From Trichomonas gallinae (lineage: Eukaryota): a stretch of DNA of 32,409 bases. Both the position numbers and the translations under genes were made by a program. Positions 1-10,597 of the stretch are shown piece by piece (position 1 is the stretch's first letter; each line of letters starts with the position of its first letter). The stretch is taken from positions 1 to 32,409 of the forward strand of contig MRSU01011020.1 in NCBI GenBank assembly GCA_008369845.1. Direction: 5' to 3'. The notes below the pieces were generated by a model, which worked only from the letters and a program-made list of their open reading frames with translations, was not told the DNA's origin and searched no databases.

Positions 1-369
1 CACAAGAAGACAAATAAGTTCCACCGCCATCAGTCCGACCTTTGGGTTCGCGTCCCATCCTCATGGCGCCGCCCACACGGCCTCGACTGCAGATTCCGCA
101 GGAAGTATCGTGGCGCCCCAATCCACCCAAGCATTGGCTTCGGCTCTGACAAGACAACAAGATACATGCTCCCATCTGGCTTCATCCCAGTTATCGTTCG
201 TTCTCTTAAGGATCTTGATATGCTCCTTACAAAGAACACAACACACGGTGCTATCATCTCTCATCAGGTTGGCCTCAAGCTCCAGCAGGAAATCATCAAG
301 AAGGCTCAGGAGCTCGATATCGCCATCCTTAACACAGCCCGCAAGGTCAAGAATGTCGAGCAGCAGTAA
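1..369 (+). CDS. RPL32: 60S ribosomal protein L32 (eL32), 5'-truncated by the window edge
   Basis: Frame 1 is open from base 1: HKKTNKFHRHQSDLWVRVPSSWRRPHGLDCRFRRKYRG..PSIGFGSDKTTRYMLPSGF matches the eL32 motifs F.RHQSD, WR.P.G.D, P.IG(Y/F)GS and LPSGF. C-ending codon bias is typical of highly expressed genes. Stop TAA at 367-369. Confidence 0.97.
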   Translation, partial: HKKTNKFHRHQSDLWVRVPSSWRRPHGLDCRFRRKYRGAPIHPSIGFGSDKTTRYMLPSGFIPVIVRSLKDLDMLLTKNTTHGAIISHQVGLKLQQEIIKKAQELDIAILNTARKVKNVEQQ

Positions 370-370
370 A
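367..370 (+). terminator. TAAA polyadenylation signal overlapping the stop codon (trichomonad type)
   Basis: The stop TAA is followed by A. The same TAA+A ending occurs for the minus-strand genes ending at 1525, 9096 and 22364. Confidence 0.6.
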
Positions 371-843
371 TAAAATGACGTGATTACAAATATTTAAATG
401 AAATTTGATCTTTAAATATTAACATACGAAAATCAAAAATTAAATCACAAAATCTCTTGAATGTCTATCAAATTCTTTAGTTCCATACACATTTGATCAC
501 AATTCTTGAAAATCAACAAAATATTTTTTGAATTTGAAATTTTGATTATATTATTTTGAAATTAGTGATTACTTTGAGTTCTTGCTACATCATATTCATA
601 GTTGTTTAGTATTTTTTAGATTCAATACTTTTATTATTTTGAATTAAGTAAGTAAGTAATATTGTTTTTGTAATTTCTGTATCTAAACTGATAATTTAAA
701 ACATTTATTTAACCGAGAAAACAAATAAAATATTAACTTCGATATATAATCATTATTATTTGAATATAATCATGAAATTTGGTTATGATGCGCTCATGAT
801 TTCATGATACGAACGACTATAAATGATTCTGTAATTTTTTTGA

Positions 844-1080
844 TTAGCCAATGATATTTACATCATCATCAGAGCTGCTTGGAACTTTAATAACTTCTTC
901 TTCTGACTCAGACGATTGCTCGCGTGGTATTTCAAGTTCAAACGATTTTTGAATTCTAATCATGACTAAATTGTATCTATTTGCTTCTACCCTGGAAGGA
1001 ACAAAAGAAGGGAAGTAAGAAACTTGTATCGGATCAGGTCTAGGCATCCTTGAAGCTTTAAAAAATGAAAAATTGCTCAT
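844..1080 (-). CDS. small hypothetical protein (78 aa) with acidic, Ser-rich C-terminus
   Basis: The first ATG in the ORF is at 1080 (MSNFSFF...), preceded by TGTCAAATTTTAAAT. GC content is higher than the flanks. No family recognised. Confidence 0.6.
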   Translation of the reverse strand: MSNFSFFKASRMPRPDPIQVSYFPSFVPSRVEANRYNLVMIRIQKSFELEIPREQSSESEEEVIKVPSSSDDDVNIIG

Positions 1081-1524
1081 ATTTAAAATTTGACAATTCA
1101 ATAGTTGTAAAATTAACCTTATATACAAAAAATATTGATATCAATATTTTCTAGATTCCGCTGAAATATAGCATCCATATGATGTGTATATATTACTGTA
1201 TAAATATGACACCTTGATTTATGGTTTTTGGTTCTACATCTTCTCATATTCATAGACTTAATATCTAATCATATGTACATTACATCCAAATAATAATCGT
1301 TGATGTCTATAATATTCTAAAATATTGCAACATGTTATTGTTAATTTTGCAAAATATATTTTCAATTTAGATTTCTGTTTTTTATATAGGAATTGTTTGA
1401 ACACATGCATTGAATTTACATATAATTTCAATTAAAATTGCTGGATTAATATATTTGCACAATAAATTTTTTTTTTGTATTATAGAAAACTGGGTTATAT
1501 TTAAAGATGATAGTATAATTACAT

Positions 1525-4500
1525 TTATTTTCCAATTTCTAATGATTGTAATCTCTCTAATAAGTCATTAGTCTGAGAGTCCGGAGGTTCTTCTGGATTT
1601 CTGTCCATAAAGTCTGCTGAATTCTGGAAGAAATTCCTATTAGATCTTCTTAAGACCCTCTTCATGTTTTCTAGTCTTCTCTCGAGCAAAGCGTTTTGAT
1701 ATTCTGGATTGAATGGAGAGATCTCATTCGACTTTCTCAAGAAATCTTTGAGAATTTCGATTGTATTTTTATTCGCATTTTTGCCAAGGGCATCTATTGA
1801 AACAATAGAATTAACCGTGTCAACAATATCGCTTCCGTGTTGTTCGAATTTTTCTATGAGCGCTTGTGCAAGTGTTTCGACCCTCTCTTGGTTGCCAAAA
1901 ACGTTGGATTTAAGAACGATGTGCAAGAGATCTGATAATCTTTCTAGAGTAAACTTATGAATTCCGTCTAACAATAAATAGAATGAGAATAAAACAACAT
2001 CTATACATATGGTAGAAGAAAATAGCTCTTTGATAAGCGGGCTTGATGAGTTCTGCATGTAGTCAATAAAATCTTTCAAAAATCTTAAGCATGTATCGCT
2101 GACATCTGACATAGGGTTCTCTGATCCAATCTTGAAAACTTCATATATCTCGGTAACTTGATTTGCACTGAGCTGATCTATGTACATTGGAATTGTCATC
2201 ACTATGCGATCCAGGAAGATGAAGAAATCATTTGCAATATCTGAGTATTTTTGAGTATCTGAGCATATCATTATTTTCGTCTTATTGAATATAGCTCCCA
2301 TTATATCATTCATCAGATCCATTGATTCAGTTTGCATTCGAACTATTAATGTAGATAAGAAACCGATAGTTTGGGGAATGCAATAATCATCTGGAGTATT
2401 CATATAGTCTGTCAAAATTGCTAATATTGTATCTCGCGAGAGTGACGCCATGATCTCTGTCTCCGGATTATCAATATAAGATATAAAATATCTTAAATGA
2501 TTCAATATTGCTGCCTTGACACCAAGAGCTTGGATCCTGAATTCATTCGTATTCCGAGCAATTTCTCCAAATTGTTGGAGTTTCTCAAGAAGAGAAGTTA
2601 CAGGAATTGACACTTTGTAGCAATCCGCGAATGACATGACATAGGAGTCAATCATCCGAATAGAATTGACATAATAAGTCCATGTAGCAGGATCATCACT
2701 CAAATTCTTAGTTGCAGCTTCAAATCTTACCAATAATCTATCTCTAAGTTCTTTGATAAATTCTATGCCTCTGCCGTCATTAACAAGTTTTTCAAGAGGT
2801 CTTGATATACATTTGATTAATAAACTAAGGTGATCAATCCAGCCTTCGGATTCAAAAACTTCATTGAAGAAATCTACAAGAATCTCCAACGCGCTTTTTC
2901 CTTCACTGAATGGCTGAGTAAATAAAAGTTTATCTTGAATTTCTGATATAGCCATAAGTACAAATAGTGCAATTCTTTCGTCACCTCTTTGAAGGAAATT
3001 CATAAGTGCGTAAAAACAAGGGACAAAGGTATCTTCAAAAAACACATACTGGCCATTGTCTTTATATCCAAATAATTTTGAGTATGAATGGATAATAATT
3101 GTCGTCGCGATACAGACTTGTTGCATATCTTCTGGGCTCATTTGTTCGTTTCCTAGATATCCTTCCATTAATCGCAAAATTTCCATAAACTTTTCATGTT
3201 TCAAATTTATTGGAATGTCACTATCTGCTATTGAAACAACTGCCCAACAATAATGATTGAAATCATCGACATTTTGAATATTGCTTACGAATTCTTGTAA
3301 TGTAGTGAAAACAATGTTAGAGTCAAATGCAAATATTTCTTTCATAACATCCATCATCTGATTGAAGTTTTCATCTTTGACGATTTTGATTTCTTTAAAG
3401 TTATAGTTATCGTACTTTTCTTGGAATTTGAGTGGATCTGTCATTCTATTGATCAAAATACCACAGAAACTACCTATAAAATCGATGGATCTAGAAACAT
3501 CCAGGCCAAGAGTAAACATTCTTGTTTTTGTCTGAGTAACAAATTCCTTCCAGAAGTTTAAACATTCTTCAAAATTATCCTCATCTTCAATAATCTGTGT
3601 TATATCAATTGCATGTTGAATGGCAACAGAAAATTCGTCACTGTCAATGAGTGCATTTCCAATGATTGAATCAAGGACAAGAAGCATATATATAACGTTC
3701 ATGAATCCGACAATTACTTCTTGCTTGTTTGCATCTGGTAACTCTTGGATTGCATCATAGTTTCTTAATATAATTGCTAAGATTTGCATGCTTGACTGAG
3801 GGTCTGTATTACTAAGTGAAACAAAAGATTTCATGATTTCATTGATAATAGAAATTGATGTAGCAGCAAGTTCAAGCTTTCCTTTGAATGTTTGATCAAT
3901 TTGATTGTATAATTGTAGAAGATTAATTTGTTCGGAAATAAATTTATTGCATTTGAGCGCTGCAAGAAGTGAATTAAGCGCTTTGTGTATGAGTGTAGTA
4001 TCTTGTGACTCAGAATTCAAGACAATTTGGAGGCTTTCATATAATTTTTCGAAATCTTCTTGAGTAAATTGTTTCGACATTTTATGAAACTGTCCATCTA
4101 CTCTTCTGTACATGTATGACATATCATCTTCTGATCCAGTTTGCGCACAAATGTAGTCGAGAAAACTTTTATTTAAATCAAACATGCGAGCAAGTCTGAA
4201 AGTCTCAGAATTTCCATCACTATGGACTAAGTTCCATAGCTCTTGGAAGAAATCTGTTTTTGTAAGGTAATCTTTTGTTAATATTTCATTGATACACGAA
4301 AACATACCTTGTACTAGACATTCATCGAGATTAATGTTAGGATTGAATATGCAATTTATTAAAAACGAGCAAATACCATTTTTTTCTTCTTCTTCAGAAA
4401 CTTTCCAGTTTTTTTCGATGTGTGTTTTTAAACTTTGGAGTACAGTGTATTTAATATTGATGTAGGATTGAGATTCGAGAATTGCTTGAGTCATTGTGTA

Positions 4501-4635
4501 CGAATTTGGATCATTTTGAAATTCGATAATAGTTCGATTTGCGTCATCTGGAGTCATGTCACTATATTGATTGCTTAGAACACCCCAGCAATGATTAAGT
4601 AGTTCAATTTTTTGGTTAACATCATCTTGTGTCAT
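1525..4635 (-). CDS. divergent exportin-1/CRM1-like karyopherin-beta
   Basis: IBN_N-like N-terminus (ANRTIIEFQNDPNSY..IKYTVLQSLKTHIEKNWK). CRM1-like blocks: NFEECLNFWKEF, NRMTDP, NHYCWAVVSIA, IMGAIFNKTKIMICSDTQKYSDIANDFFIFL and SDVSDTCLRFL. The ORF-track start at 4653 is TTG; the first ATG is 4635. Confidence 0.85.
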   Translation of the reverse strand: MTQDDVNQKIELLNHCWGVLSNQYSDMTPDDANRTIIEFQNDPNSYTMTQAILESQSYINIKYTVLQSLKTHIEKNWKVSEEEEKNGICSFLINCIFNPNINLDECLVQGMFSCINEILTKDYLTKTDFFQELWNLVHSDGNSETFRLARMFDLNKSFLDYICAQTGSEDDMSYMYRRVDGQFHKMSKQFTQEDFEKLYESLQIVLNSESQDTTLIHKALNSLLAALKCNKFISEQINLLQLYNQIDQTFKGKLELAATSISIINEIMKSFVSLSNTDPQSSMQILAIILRNYDAIQELPDANKQEVIVGFMNVIYMLLVLDSIIGNALIDSDEFSVAIQHAIDITQIIEDEDNFEECLNFWKEFVTQTKTRMFTLGLDVSRSIDFIGSFCGILINRMTDPLKFQEKYDNYNFKEIKIVKDENFNQMMDVMKEIFAFDSNIVFTTLQEFVSNIQNVDDFNHYCWAVVSIADSDIPINLKHEKFMEILRLMEGYLGNEQMSPEDMQQVCIATTIIIHSYSKLFGYKDNGQYVFFEDTFVPCFYALMNFLQRGDERIALFVLMAISEIQDKLLFTQPFSEGKSALEILVDFFNEVFESEGWIDHLSLLIKCISRPLEKLVNDGRGIEFIKELRDRLLVRFEAATKNLSDDPATWTYYVNSIRMIDSYVMSFADCYKVSIPVTSLLEKLQQFGEIARNTNEFRIQALGVKAAILNHLRYFISYIDNPETEIMASLSRDTILAILTDYMNTPDDYCIPQTIGFLSTLIVRMQTESMDLMNDIMGAIFNKTKIMICSDTQKYSDIANDFFIFLDRIVMTIPMYIDQLSANQVTEIYEVFKIGSENPMSDVSDTCLRFLKDFIDYMQNSSSPLIKELFSSTICIDVVLFSFYLLLDGIHKFTLERLSDLLHIVLKSNVFGNQERVETLAQALIEKFEQHGSDIVDTVNSIVSIDALGKNANKNTIEILKDFLRKSNEISPFNPEYQNALLERRLENMKRVLRRSNRNFFQNSADFMDRNPEEPPDSQTNDLLERLQSLEIGK

Positions 4636-4820
4636 TAAATTTTTGTTTGACAAAATTTTAAGCCTAAAAGTGAAGTTGGTATTTTTGAAAAATTTTTACT
4701 TGTTCTCAGATTTAAATTGCAAATTTGGATTCTAAAGCCATATATATGACTAAATTTTAAATTTTCTTCCTTTGACTTTTCTATAGAGGTTTGCAAACAT
4801 GATGTCGTAAATTTGACATC

Positions 4821-5016
4821 TGTCATGTAAATTATATTCACCAAATTTCTTTCATTAACTGTACGTAGTGATATATTCAAAAGGATTATCCACTATAAAC
4901 AAGCATATAGAGTAGTGGATTATACTTACACATATCATCTTCTACAGTTACCATTCCATCCTATGTTATGAAATTTAGAAAAATATTTACATGACAATTA
5001 TTAATTTTACACGACA
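4821..5016. promoter_or_regulatory. divergent promoter region with three TTTACAYGACA motifs
   Basis: TGTCATGTAAA 4821-4831, TTTACATGACA 4986-4996 and TTTACACGACA 5006-5016 lie between the head-to-head genes starting at 4635(-) and 5052(+). Inr-like TCATT at 5027-5031. Confidence 0.55.
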
Positions 5017-5051
5017 ATTTTCCATTTCATTAACCTTATTAATAATATTAG

Positions 5052-6173
5052 ATGTCGAAGAACTTTTATGCCATAAAAGTTCATCATCTTCCACTCCCTA
5101 GGTGCAATTTTCAAACAATTCCATCTCTTTTACCTTTTGAAGCTGTTAATGTAGATAAAAAATTTAGTCCGCCATCGATTTTGTCAGTGAAGACATTAAA
5201 TAAATCCATCATAGCAGGAATACCATCTATATTGCTTTTGCAAATACAAATCTTAGATAATCAGTATGATAGCCTAGAATTTAAAATCACAGCTCTCGAA
5301 AATTCAATAATTTCGCATTTAAACCAACAAATATCCAATAAAAAGAATGAGGTTACATGCTCATATCGTGATTGCCCAAATAAACTTGGATATTTTATTC
5401 CAATTCAATTAATCTCAGCATATCCAAATGAAACATTAACAATTACGGGTCTTGTTTCAAATGAAGGCAAAATTCGCAACTTTACACATTCTTTGGAGTT
5501 AAATGTAACTTCACCATTTCTTTTTGTTTTCAATATCGAAAATATATTTGGATCCCCAATACTACTTAAAATAGCTATTACAAATAACGCTAAATACGAA
5601 CTCAAAGACATATCTATCGATTTTATTCCGAATAAAAATTATCAAGTGAACCAAAACTCATTGAAAGTTGCAGATGTATTAGAAAATAACGGAATTATAT
5701 CAACAGTATTCGAATTAGCGAAAAATGATGTTATGTTAAGTGACTCAAAAGAAATCGGAAATATCAAAGTTAAATTCTCTTTAAATGGTGTCAAATATGA
5801 ATACACTCACTGGACACCAATTACAACAGATTTATATAAGACAAAATTTACACCAATTTCAATCCAAATTATTAATTTTGAAGATGTTCAAACTATTCTT
5901 CAAAGTTTCCCAGCTGAACTTGAAATCACAAATAATACTAATGAAGAAAAGAATTTCCAGATTCAGATGAACATAAATGAAAATGGAATAATTCCAAATG
6001 GATCCGCATCATTCGTTGTTGAAAATCTTATGCCAAAGAGCAAAACAGTCATTAAAGCAGACTTTATTGCTTTAAAACGCGGATTTAGTCTTTTCCCGTC
6101 AATTTTTATCCATGGGCTCTCTGAAGGCGATATTTCGATTGATATACAAAATGGAGTCATGGTAGCAGAATAA
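5052..6173 (+). CDS. TRAPPC13: TRAPP complex subunit 13 (TRAPPC13/Trs65)-like protein
   Basis: Colinear resemblance to TRAPPC13 blocks: YAIKVHHLPLP (LALKVMRL.KP), KSIIAGIPSILLLQI, RNFTHSLELNVTSPF, ILLKIAITNN, IGNIKVKF, SFPAELEITNNT, LMPKSKTVIKADFIALKRGFSLFPSIFI. Beta-rich, 373 aa. Confidence 0.7.
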   Translation: MSKNFYAIKVHHLPLPRCNFQTIPSLLPFEAVNVDKKFSPPSILSVKTLNKSIIAGIPSILLLQIQILDNQYDSLEFKITALENSIISHLNQQISNKKNEVTCSYRDCPNKLGYFIPIQLISAYPNETLTITGLVSNEGKIRNFTHSLELNVTSPFLFVFNIENIFGSPILLKIAITNNAKYELKDISIDFIPNKNYQVNQNSLKVADVLENNGIISTVFELAKNDVMLSDSKEIGNIKVKFSLNGVKYEYTHWTPITTDLYKTKFTPISIQIINFEDVQTILQSFPAELEITNNTNEEKNFQIQMNINENGIIPNGSASFVVENLMPKSKTVIKADFIALKRGFSLFPSIFIHGLSEGDISIDIQNGVMVAE

Positions 6174-6598
6174 TCACTCAGATTTTCAGCTTAATCATTA
6201 AATATTTTGTTTTTTATTTTTAATTTGACTTTTTATTTCAAGTGATTTGTAACTACACTAACTATACATAACTTTCAAAGTCAATTTTTGAATATTTATT
6301 AAAATTTATTATTTACTTGCGTTGATTTTCAATTTTATATGTTCATGTGGTTTTATTCTCATTATTACAACGATATTGATAGATATGTAGCTTGTATTAA
6401 GAACAAATTATATATTTGAATATCTCATTTATATAAATTTTCAAACGATTTAATTTCCATTTAGGATAACGATCGGTATGACTATAGGCATATATAGATT
6501 AAACCATATATTTATTAAATCATCCAATGATGAAATCAAAAATATAGGGTCTGAAAAATTAATAAAGGGAAAAAAGTGAACGTTTAATAATAAATTAG

Positions 6599-7390
6599 AT
6601 GAAAGCGCCAAGAAGATTACCAGAAGACTTTCTTTATAATATTCCAAGGGAAAAGGCAGTTTCTAAGGATAGAATTGGCATGGCCGTGCTTGACTCTATT
6701 CTTGATTCGCGAATTGGCCAAATGACTGCAATTACTCTTCCAACAGAAACAGAAAGATTGAAAATACTGAATGAAATCAATGGAATTGGCGAATCTTCTT
6801 CAAAACTCACTTCGTTTTTAGATTTTATGATCTCACATCTCGATATTCAAACGAGAAAATATTATGCGACACAAGACGAATTAAGAAATCTTAAAAATAA
6901 GATTGGAAATGGAGTTAAAAACGATAACATTGATGAAAGGATTGCAAGGATCTCGAAAATACTTGGTGTTGAGCCAAGACATATCGAATCGAAAGTTTCG
7001 TTCTTAGAAAACAATAGGAACATATCTGGCACATTTTCTAATGAAGATGATTACGAAAGATGCTTAAAATTATTAAATTGTCCAAGATATGGATTAACAA
7101 AAGCTGTTCAGAATTTAATCAATCAAAACGATCAATTGCATGACATAACAGCTAAAGATCGTGCTCTCATATCAAAGCACAGCATGGAACTTATGAATGA
7201 AGAGGAAGAAGAACCAACATCAAGCCAAGTCGATGCAAGCATGATTGATTCATCTGGATCAGGCAGTGAAGGCTTATTTGTTCCAGTCAAGAAGAATCAA
7301 GCTGATCTTGTGAAAGATATCTTATCTGGACTGGATCAAGAAGATTCATTTGCATCAAATGGATCTAAAAGAAAATCTCCTCAAAAATAA
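6599..7390 (+). CDS. hypothetical protein with coiled-coil segments and a disordered acidic/Ser C-terminus
   Basis: 263-aa ATG ORF with coding-like composition. AAAAGTGAA lies about 20 nt upstream. Confidence 0.85.
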   Translation: MKAPRRLPEDFLYNIPREKAVSKDRIGMAVLDSILDSRIGQMTAITLPTETERLKILNEINGIGESSSKLTSFLDFMISHLDIQTRKYYATQDELRNLKNKIGNGVKNDNIDERIARISKILGVEPRHIESKVSFLENNRNISGTFSNEDDYERCLKLLNCPRYGLTKAVQNLINQNDQLHDITAKDRALISKHSMELMNEEEEEPTSSQVDASMIDSSGSGSEGLFVPVKKNQADLVKDILSGLDQEDSFASNGSKRKSPQK

Positions 7391-7695
7391 GCCTGCTTGT
7401 ATATGAGTTCTTCGATATCATGGATTTATTATTATATTTTGTTTTTGAACTAAAAATTATGAGATTTATTTATAAAGGACTAGCTTGCTTCAATGCATAT
7501 ATGCAGATGAACTATCAAATTTTAATTAAACTTAAAATATAATTCATTGAATTTAATATTTTAGATAAATAATGATTTTATCTAATAATCTGCACGTTCT
7601 ACAACTAAAAAAGCAGCCACGATAATATAAAATGATGGTTGATTAATATTTAAAAAAGATATATTTTACAACTATGCATTTTTGTTAATTAAACA

Positions 7696-8679
7696 TTACA
7701 TTTGATAGCCAGAATCTGCATAAGGATTCATATTATCAGGCTCTTCTTGATGAATAATAGTAATTTCTCCCATTTCGTTTGTTGGAATAGCAGGAGTTAT
7801 ATTTTCAGCACTAATGTAAACCTGCTTTTCATCTTCTGGAGACAATGGTTCGCTGACTAAGTCTGTCATTTCGTAATTTATGTTTTTATGTTTCCTGCAT
7901 TTCAATCTGTAAAGAGTATATCCTATAACAGCGATTGATACTACAGCAGCTCCTGTTATAACTATGAAATAAATAATGATCATTTGTTTCGAGTTAAATG
8001 GAAGCAGATCAAGATCTGGAACATCTATTATTGTAGGAAGTTCCTTAGGTTCATATAATCCACGAATTCTTTGATAATTAAAAGGTAAATTTGTAGTATT
8101 TTGTAAACTATTGACATCAATATATAATTTCTGATCCCCTAGAGATTCTACACGAATATATAATGTGCGGATGCTGCTTATTGTGTATTCATCAAATTCT
8201 GGACGTGAAACTACTGTATTATTTACAGAAACATATGATTTAAGTTGTCCAGTCTTCGATATATTTGCTACTGCAATTGATAGGCTAGTGAAATAAAAGA
8301 ATTTAGGCTCTCTGTAGTGATTTAATGGTTCAACGTAATCTTTTTGAAGATTAGAAAACATTAAACAATCGCCGGGATATACTATATCACTTCCGGTGAG
8401 GTTGCTGTATACAGAAATGAGCTGTTCAACTGGTGAAAAAATCGTTACTTGATTATTCGGGTTTTTGCCTACGAATGCGAATCCTTTTTTTGTTAAATCT
8501 CTATCTTGACTCTTATGTTCGATGTGAATGTCTTTTCCTTCGAAAACAGCGAGATATCCGACATTTATATTGTATTTCTTGTCTTTTTCTAAATACATTT
8601 GCTGGTAGAATTTGGATGCCTCTCGAGTCGATATATTGGCACGCTTCAAGGCAATCCCAGTTAAAATCATCTGAAACAT
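7696..8679 (-). CDS. single-pass (type I) membrane/surface protein
   Basis: First ATG at 8679 (MFQMILTGIALK, short hydrophobic leader). TM helix MIIIYFIVITGAAVVSIAVIGYTLY is followed by basic RLKCRKHK. The acidic tail ends NPYADSGYQM. Confidence 0.85.
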   Translation of the reverse strand: MFQMILTGIALKRANISTREASKFYQQMYLEKDKKYNINVGYLAVFEGKDIHIEHKSQDRDLTKKGFAFVGKNPNNQVTIFSPVEQLISVYSNLTGSDIVYPGDCLMFSNLQKDYVEPLNHYREPKFFYFTSLSIAVANISKTGQLKSYVSVNNTVVSRPEFDEYTISSIRTLYIRVESLGDQKLYIDVNSLQNTTNLPFNYQRIRGLYEPKELPTIIDVPDLDLLPFNSKQMIIIYFIVITGAAVVSIAVIGYTLYRLKCRKHKNINYEMTDLVSEPLSPEDEKQVYISAENITPAIPTNEMGEITIIHQEEPDNMNPYADSGYQM

Positions 8680-9095
8680 TAAAAATTTATGTTTTTCTTT
8701 GATGTCAAATTTCCGATAATTTTGCTTTCCGCCAAATTTCCATAAATATGCTTTATAACATGTAAATATGATGGTTCTATTTTTGGTCAAAATTTTTCTG
8801 AAATTTGTGAATAAAAATATTCAGTATAGAATAAAAGTATTATTCATCATGGAAAAATTTGATTACCTTATGAACCTTGTTAAATCTTGCCATATAAAAC
8901 AAGTTTACATGACAAATTTTCCCATTCATCTGATTATAAGATTTGTTTTGATGTAAACTCATAGCATCATATCCTTGCTTCTTCAATTACTTTTAGCATT
9001 TTTATTTTAATTCATCAAATATATTTTCAATGAAAATTATAACAGAGATTAAACTACATATTTGTATGTATATACAAGAATATTACATAAACAGT

Positions 9096-9494
9096 TTATT
9101 CGAGGTCACTAAATTTCTCTCTAATTGAATCAATATCATCTATAATTCTTTGTGTAGCTGTTCTAAACTTGAAGTGGCTTAGTTCAACTAGTTGATCGTA
9201 TTTCTTGTTAAATTTTGCTTCAAGCTCTTCAGCAACATCGATTGCAAATTCATTATTCGTTTGAGAAGCGTTTTTGAATATTAATCGCATATCAGAAGCC
9301 CAGTCTTCTATCGTGGAGTATTTTTTCTTTGCCAATTTCTCGCGAACAGATTGCAAGGAGTGTGAATGATGCTTTGGATCTGAAATGACTGCAGAAGCTG
9401 GTCTATTTATTAGTGAGTCAATAATTTCCACGGCCATCTGATGAAGAGCTGGTGTCCAGCCTCCATCAACAAGTTTTACCGTATTAGGATTCAT
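9096..9494 (-). CDS. bromodomain-like protein (atypical)
   Basis: SLQSVREKLAKKKYSTIEDWASDMRLIFKNASQTN...AEELEAKF matches bromodomain helices A-B-C. The likely start is ATG 9494, 6 nt downstream of AAAAGTGAC (9509-9501). Confidence 0.8.
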   Translation of the reverse strand: MNPNTVKLVDGGWTPALHQMAVEIIDSLINRPASAVISDPKHHSHSLQSVREKLAKKKYSTIEDWASDMRLIFKNASQTNNEFAIDVAEELEAKFNKKYDQLVELSHFKFRTATQRIIDDIDSIREKFSDLE

Positions 9495-10354
9495 AATCGT
9501 GTCACTTTTATATAGTTTAATGAATCCAATTTTTTCGCATTTCCTCTTGAATATAGAATTACAATGAGATATATATGTTAATGATGAGCTTATGGCTGGT
9601 GGAAATAATTTGACATTTGTCATTTGTAAAATGTCATATTTTAAATTATGTTGTCAAAAATTGTAACAATTGTTTCCTAGAGGTAGAAACCGAATTTTCA
9701 TGTATTTTTACTACAAACTATCATTTTACTCAAATTACCATATTAGGATTCATATTGAAGTTCTGTTATAATAATATCAAAATGCTGTTTAGCTGATATC
9801 AGCAAAAATTTGCATTAGAAGTAAAAATCTGTTTATCAGCGTGTAACTATTCTCGCATGATTTGTATAATGAAAGACGTCTTATGTTAGCATTTTCTAAA
9901 AATTTGCGATTGTTGGCGGGATGAAATTCCAATTTTCATGCTCCCATATCAATCTCTTATTACCTATACATGACGAAAATATGCAATTAAACACGTTTAA
10001 AACAATTGTTTTTTCTTCTATAAAAATCGAATCTGTTATTATTTCAGCAAAACGAGTATTGTAATATTATTAATTTTATCAATTTCATCCCAATGAAGTG
10101 CTTCAAAAGAATCAATGTTATTTAATAATTTGAGTTGGAGTAGAAAATATAATATCAATGGGGTTAGAAGATACTTAAGAAGCTAGGATCATTTGGAATT
10201 TTTGCTATAGAGCCTCAATGATTATCGCCGGTTTTCAAAATTCCCTATTATCATGAAAATATTTTTCTGACATTTATTTTTGACAAGTAAATATTTGTCT
10301 TATGATTATAAAATTTTACATGACAATTTTTTATTTCATTCTCTCAGCAAATAA

Positions 10355-10412
10355 ATATGATTATGATGCTATATCCTAAATTAAAATGCGAAGAACCAAA
10401 CACCTCAAGCAC
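10355..10412 (+). repeat. dispersed bipartite element, copy A (ATGCTATAT-N28-CCTCAAGCA)
   Basis: Ungapped 42/58 identity (10356-10412 region) to the reverse complement of about 18247-18303. Both boxes recur at 21855-21890. Confidence 0.55.
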
Positions 10413-10597
10413 CAGGTTTTCTACTTCGAAATTGCTGCAAGCGTTAAAAATTTAGAATATTACTAGAAAAATGATAGCTTTTACAGAGCTACTTTAATGT
10501 TAGTTTTACAGATTATAAGTAATATATGTATATATGAAATATGTTACAATTTCCAAACAATAATATAGCCATTTTAATAAAAAACAAATCAACAAAA

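Noticed and set aside
30..373. ORFs 30-257(-), 61-264(-) and 110-373(+)
   Set aside because: Shadow frames of the codon-biased RPL32 gene.
4888..4920. Inverted repeat ATCCACTA/TAGTGGAT
   Set aside because: Only 8 bp with a 17-nt loop and no further support; plausible by chance.
10491..10504. ACTAACATTAAAG on the minus strand as a possible branch/acceptor
   Set aside because: Wrong spacing, no CAG/TAG acceptor and no matching donor; it lies downstream of the PDE stop.
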